From Phycisphaerae bacterium (lineage in GTDB: Bacteria > Planctomycetota > Phycisphaerae > UBA1845 > Fen-1342): a stretch of DNA of 64,000 bases. The notes below the pieces were generated by a model that was not told where the DNA came from, did no database searches, and worked only from the letters and a program-made list of their open reading frames with translations. Shown here one piece after another: positions 62,288 through 64,000 of the stretch (positions within the stretch are counted from its first letter, which is position 1; every line of letters starts with the position of its first letter). The position numbers were made by a program, and so were the translations under genes. Location of the stretch: contig CAXXWX010000013.1 in the NCBI GenBank assembly GCA_963675745.2, forward strand, positions 121,523-185,522, in the 5' to 3' direction.

Positions 62288-63817
62288 TCAGTCATACGCC
62301 GGTGCCGGGCGGTCCAACGAATACCGGCGGCAACCCTCGGGCGTGCCGAACTGAGTTTGGTAATCGGGGTCAAGCGCCGACCGCAGCGAGTGGGCCGGCG
62401 CAAGCTCATAGTCACCATCCGTTCGCAGTTCATACTTGAACGGCTCCAGCGTATGGGCATCCAGCGGCACCTGCGCCAGATACTCCGGCACGAGCTCATC
62501 AAGTGTCGACGGATAAGCGCCATGCTCAGAATGATGTGCCGCCAATGCCAGCATGACGACAACCGCGCGGCGTCGCATGACTTCGCCGGCAACCTGTGTG
62601 AACAGATCGCATCTCAGCCCGCGCAGGATCATGGCGGTGGGGCCCATGGGAGTGGCGGACGGATCGCCATACGAGATGCGCGCATTCTCGATGGTGCGAA
62701 TCGACATGAGACCCGCCTGGAATACCTGATCATCGAGCCCGAGCACGACCGTGTGCCAGCGTGTGAGTGCGGCGCGCGACCTGGCGCGCCCGTCGAATGC
62801 CGGTGACGACAGGTTCCAGAAGCCGCTGCGCGTGCCCGTGGAGCTGTCCGAATAAGAAAACGCGTTGCGCACTATGATAGGCGCCGCGTGGCTGACCACG
62901 AGCCATCCGTCGCCGTGGCCGTTGTCCGTGTAGTAGCGGTCGAGAAATGCATCGACGTCCGCCGGCATGCTCGCGGTCTCGCCGAAGGCCTGGCTGACCG
63001 AGAGCGTGAGCTCGTCGGTAAAGAACGCGATCAGCTCGCGCGCCAATTCGGGCGGCAGGTCGCGTTCGCGCAGCAGACAACTCCACTCGATGAGCGGCAC
63101 ATGGCCGATAGTCCTCTGATATCCCCACCATCTATCGAACTGAGGTTGAAGGCGCGCCTGCACGCGCCCGAGGCGCGATGCCGACACCAGGTCCGCGCTG
63201 GCGGCGAGCGGGTCGTCGTGTTCGGCATGCCAGTAGCGGGCCCGGGCGGTGAGCGCGTTCGCGGCCTCGGCGATCTCCGCGAGCAGGTCGCGCCCGCTAA
63301 CCAGATCGCCCAATTGCGATCCCGAGTAAAGCAGCGCCGTGATGTCGATTTCCGGATGAAGCTCCGTGAAGCTCCGCAGGTCGTCAAGCACCCGGTTGAC
63401 ATCCTTCGCGGTAATGTGGGCGACTATGTCGCCGAGAACCGCGCGCTCGTCAGGCGCCCATGGGCCGCGCGAAGCATCGCGCAGTCCTGACAGGCCGCGC
63501 CAGCCGGCGTTGCCCGCACTGGGAGATGAGAAAGCCGGCAGGCGGACGAGCACGTCGGCCAGTCCCCGCATCTGCTGCACTGCTTCCGTTTCCCCGTTTG
63601 CCTCACCACGCGCGATCGCCGCGGGCAGCGCCGTCCAGCGCGCATATGCGAAATACGCGAACCACAGCGCCGCCAGCGCATAAACTGTCCGCCGGATGCG
63701 CCGCACGCGACGCAGCCCTTTGGCCGATCTCAGCCAGGCAACCCACCCAATATGAACACGGCTCGCGGACATGGCATTCCAGCGGCTCAGCCTATCCGGC
63801 GTCCGAGCGATCGGCAA
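62288..63817 (-). CDS. Hypothetical single-TM protein with pseudopilin GspG-like C-terminal motif (start may be 63772)
   Basis: N-terminal TM; C-terminal HGAYPSTLDELVPEYLAQVPLD....PFKY. Confidence 0.65.
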   Translation of the reverse strand: MPIARTPDRLSRWNAMSASRVHIGWVAWLRSAKGLRRVRRIRRTVYALAALWFAYFAYARWTALPAAIARGEANGETEAVQQMRGLADVLVRLPAFSSPSAGNAGWRGLSGLRDASRGPWAPDERAVLGDIVAHITAKDVNRVLDDLRSFTELHPEIDITALLYSGSQLGDLVSGRDLLAEIAEAANALTARARYWHAEHDDPLAASADLVSASRLGRVQARLQPQFDRWWGYQRTIGHVPLIEWSCLLRERDLPPELARELIAFFTDELTLSVSQAFGETASMPADVDAFLDRYYTDNGHGDGWLVVSHAAPIIVRNAFSYSDSSTGTRSGFWNLSSPAFDGRARSRAALTRWHTVVLGLDDQVFQAGLMSIRTIENARISYGDPSATPMGPTAMILRGLRCDLFTQVAGEVMRRRAVVVMLALAAHHSEHGAYPSTLDELVPEYLAQVPLDAHTLEPFKYELRTDGDYELAPAHSLRSALDPDYQTQFGTPEGCRRYSLDRPAPAYD

Positions 63818-63831
63818 TGATCAGGAGAAGG

Positions 63832-63928
63832 GAATGCAGAATGCGGAATGATGAATGCAGAAGCATGGGAATTCCGCACCGCGACATGCGCGCAGTTTCC
63901 GCATTCTGCATTCCGCATTCTTCATTCT
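63832..63928. repeat. Heptamer tandem repeats arranged as an inverted pair
   Basis: gaatgca-gaatgcg-gaatgat-gaatgca ... cgcattc-tgcattc-cgcattc-ttcattc. Confidence 0.8.
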
Positions 63929-64000
63929 GTTCCCACCGACACTCCCAACTCGCCGCGCAATGCGCTTTCCAACTTCGGGTGCAGAAACTCGAATCCCAAC

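Noticed and set aside
1..64000. rRNA, tRNA, transposase, integrase or prophage genes
   Set aside because: None recognised by eye; a tRNAscan/Rfam/ISEScan run would be needed to exclude them formally.

Overview
High-GC bacterial chromosomal segment, most likely Planctomycetota (class Phycisphaerae). This is inferred from dockerin-like C-terminal domains, an IPAP-type PEP-CTERM-like tail, an ECF sigma/Ser-Thr kinase pair and CxxCGYxL..CPECG zinc ribbons. It carries housekeeping genes (rpmE-prfA-ispE, a glycogen branching enzyme, a DEAD-box helicase), a rimB-rimK(TrkA-C fusion)-aspartoacylase triad, and an accessory stretch with methyltransferases, an orphan HEPN-like gene and GTAG-type REP palindromes. 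It also has a putative DUF4160/DUF2442 toxin-antitoxin pair, a Na+/solute symporter, a glycerol-1-phosphate dehydrogenase-like gene and several secreted proteins. Two loci stand out. (1) Divergent DUF2294 (MpsC-like) paralogs share an overlapping promoter region; the leftward transcript has a ~210-nt leader with a UACG-capped hairpin and mutually exclusive antiterminator/terminator stems ahead of a DUF2294 - Cys-less HesB-like - B12/radical SAM operon. This is a candidate riboswitch or protein-dependent attenuator that I do not recognise as a described class. (2) A ~15.6-kb gene (~5,200 aa after repairing four 1-nt indels) encodes a PKD/Ig/Rhs protein with a two-TM hairpin inserted inside the YD barrel, a pilin-like helix right after the DPSG cleavage motif, and no adjacent immunity gene. 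Six 1-nt indels in short base runs look like long-read sequencing errors. No rRNA, tRNA, CRISPR array, transposase or integrase was recognised. All family assignments come from motif recognition by eye, not database searches.
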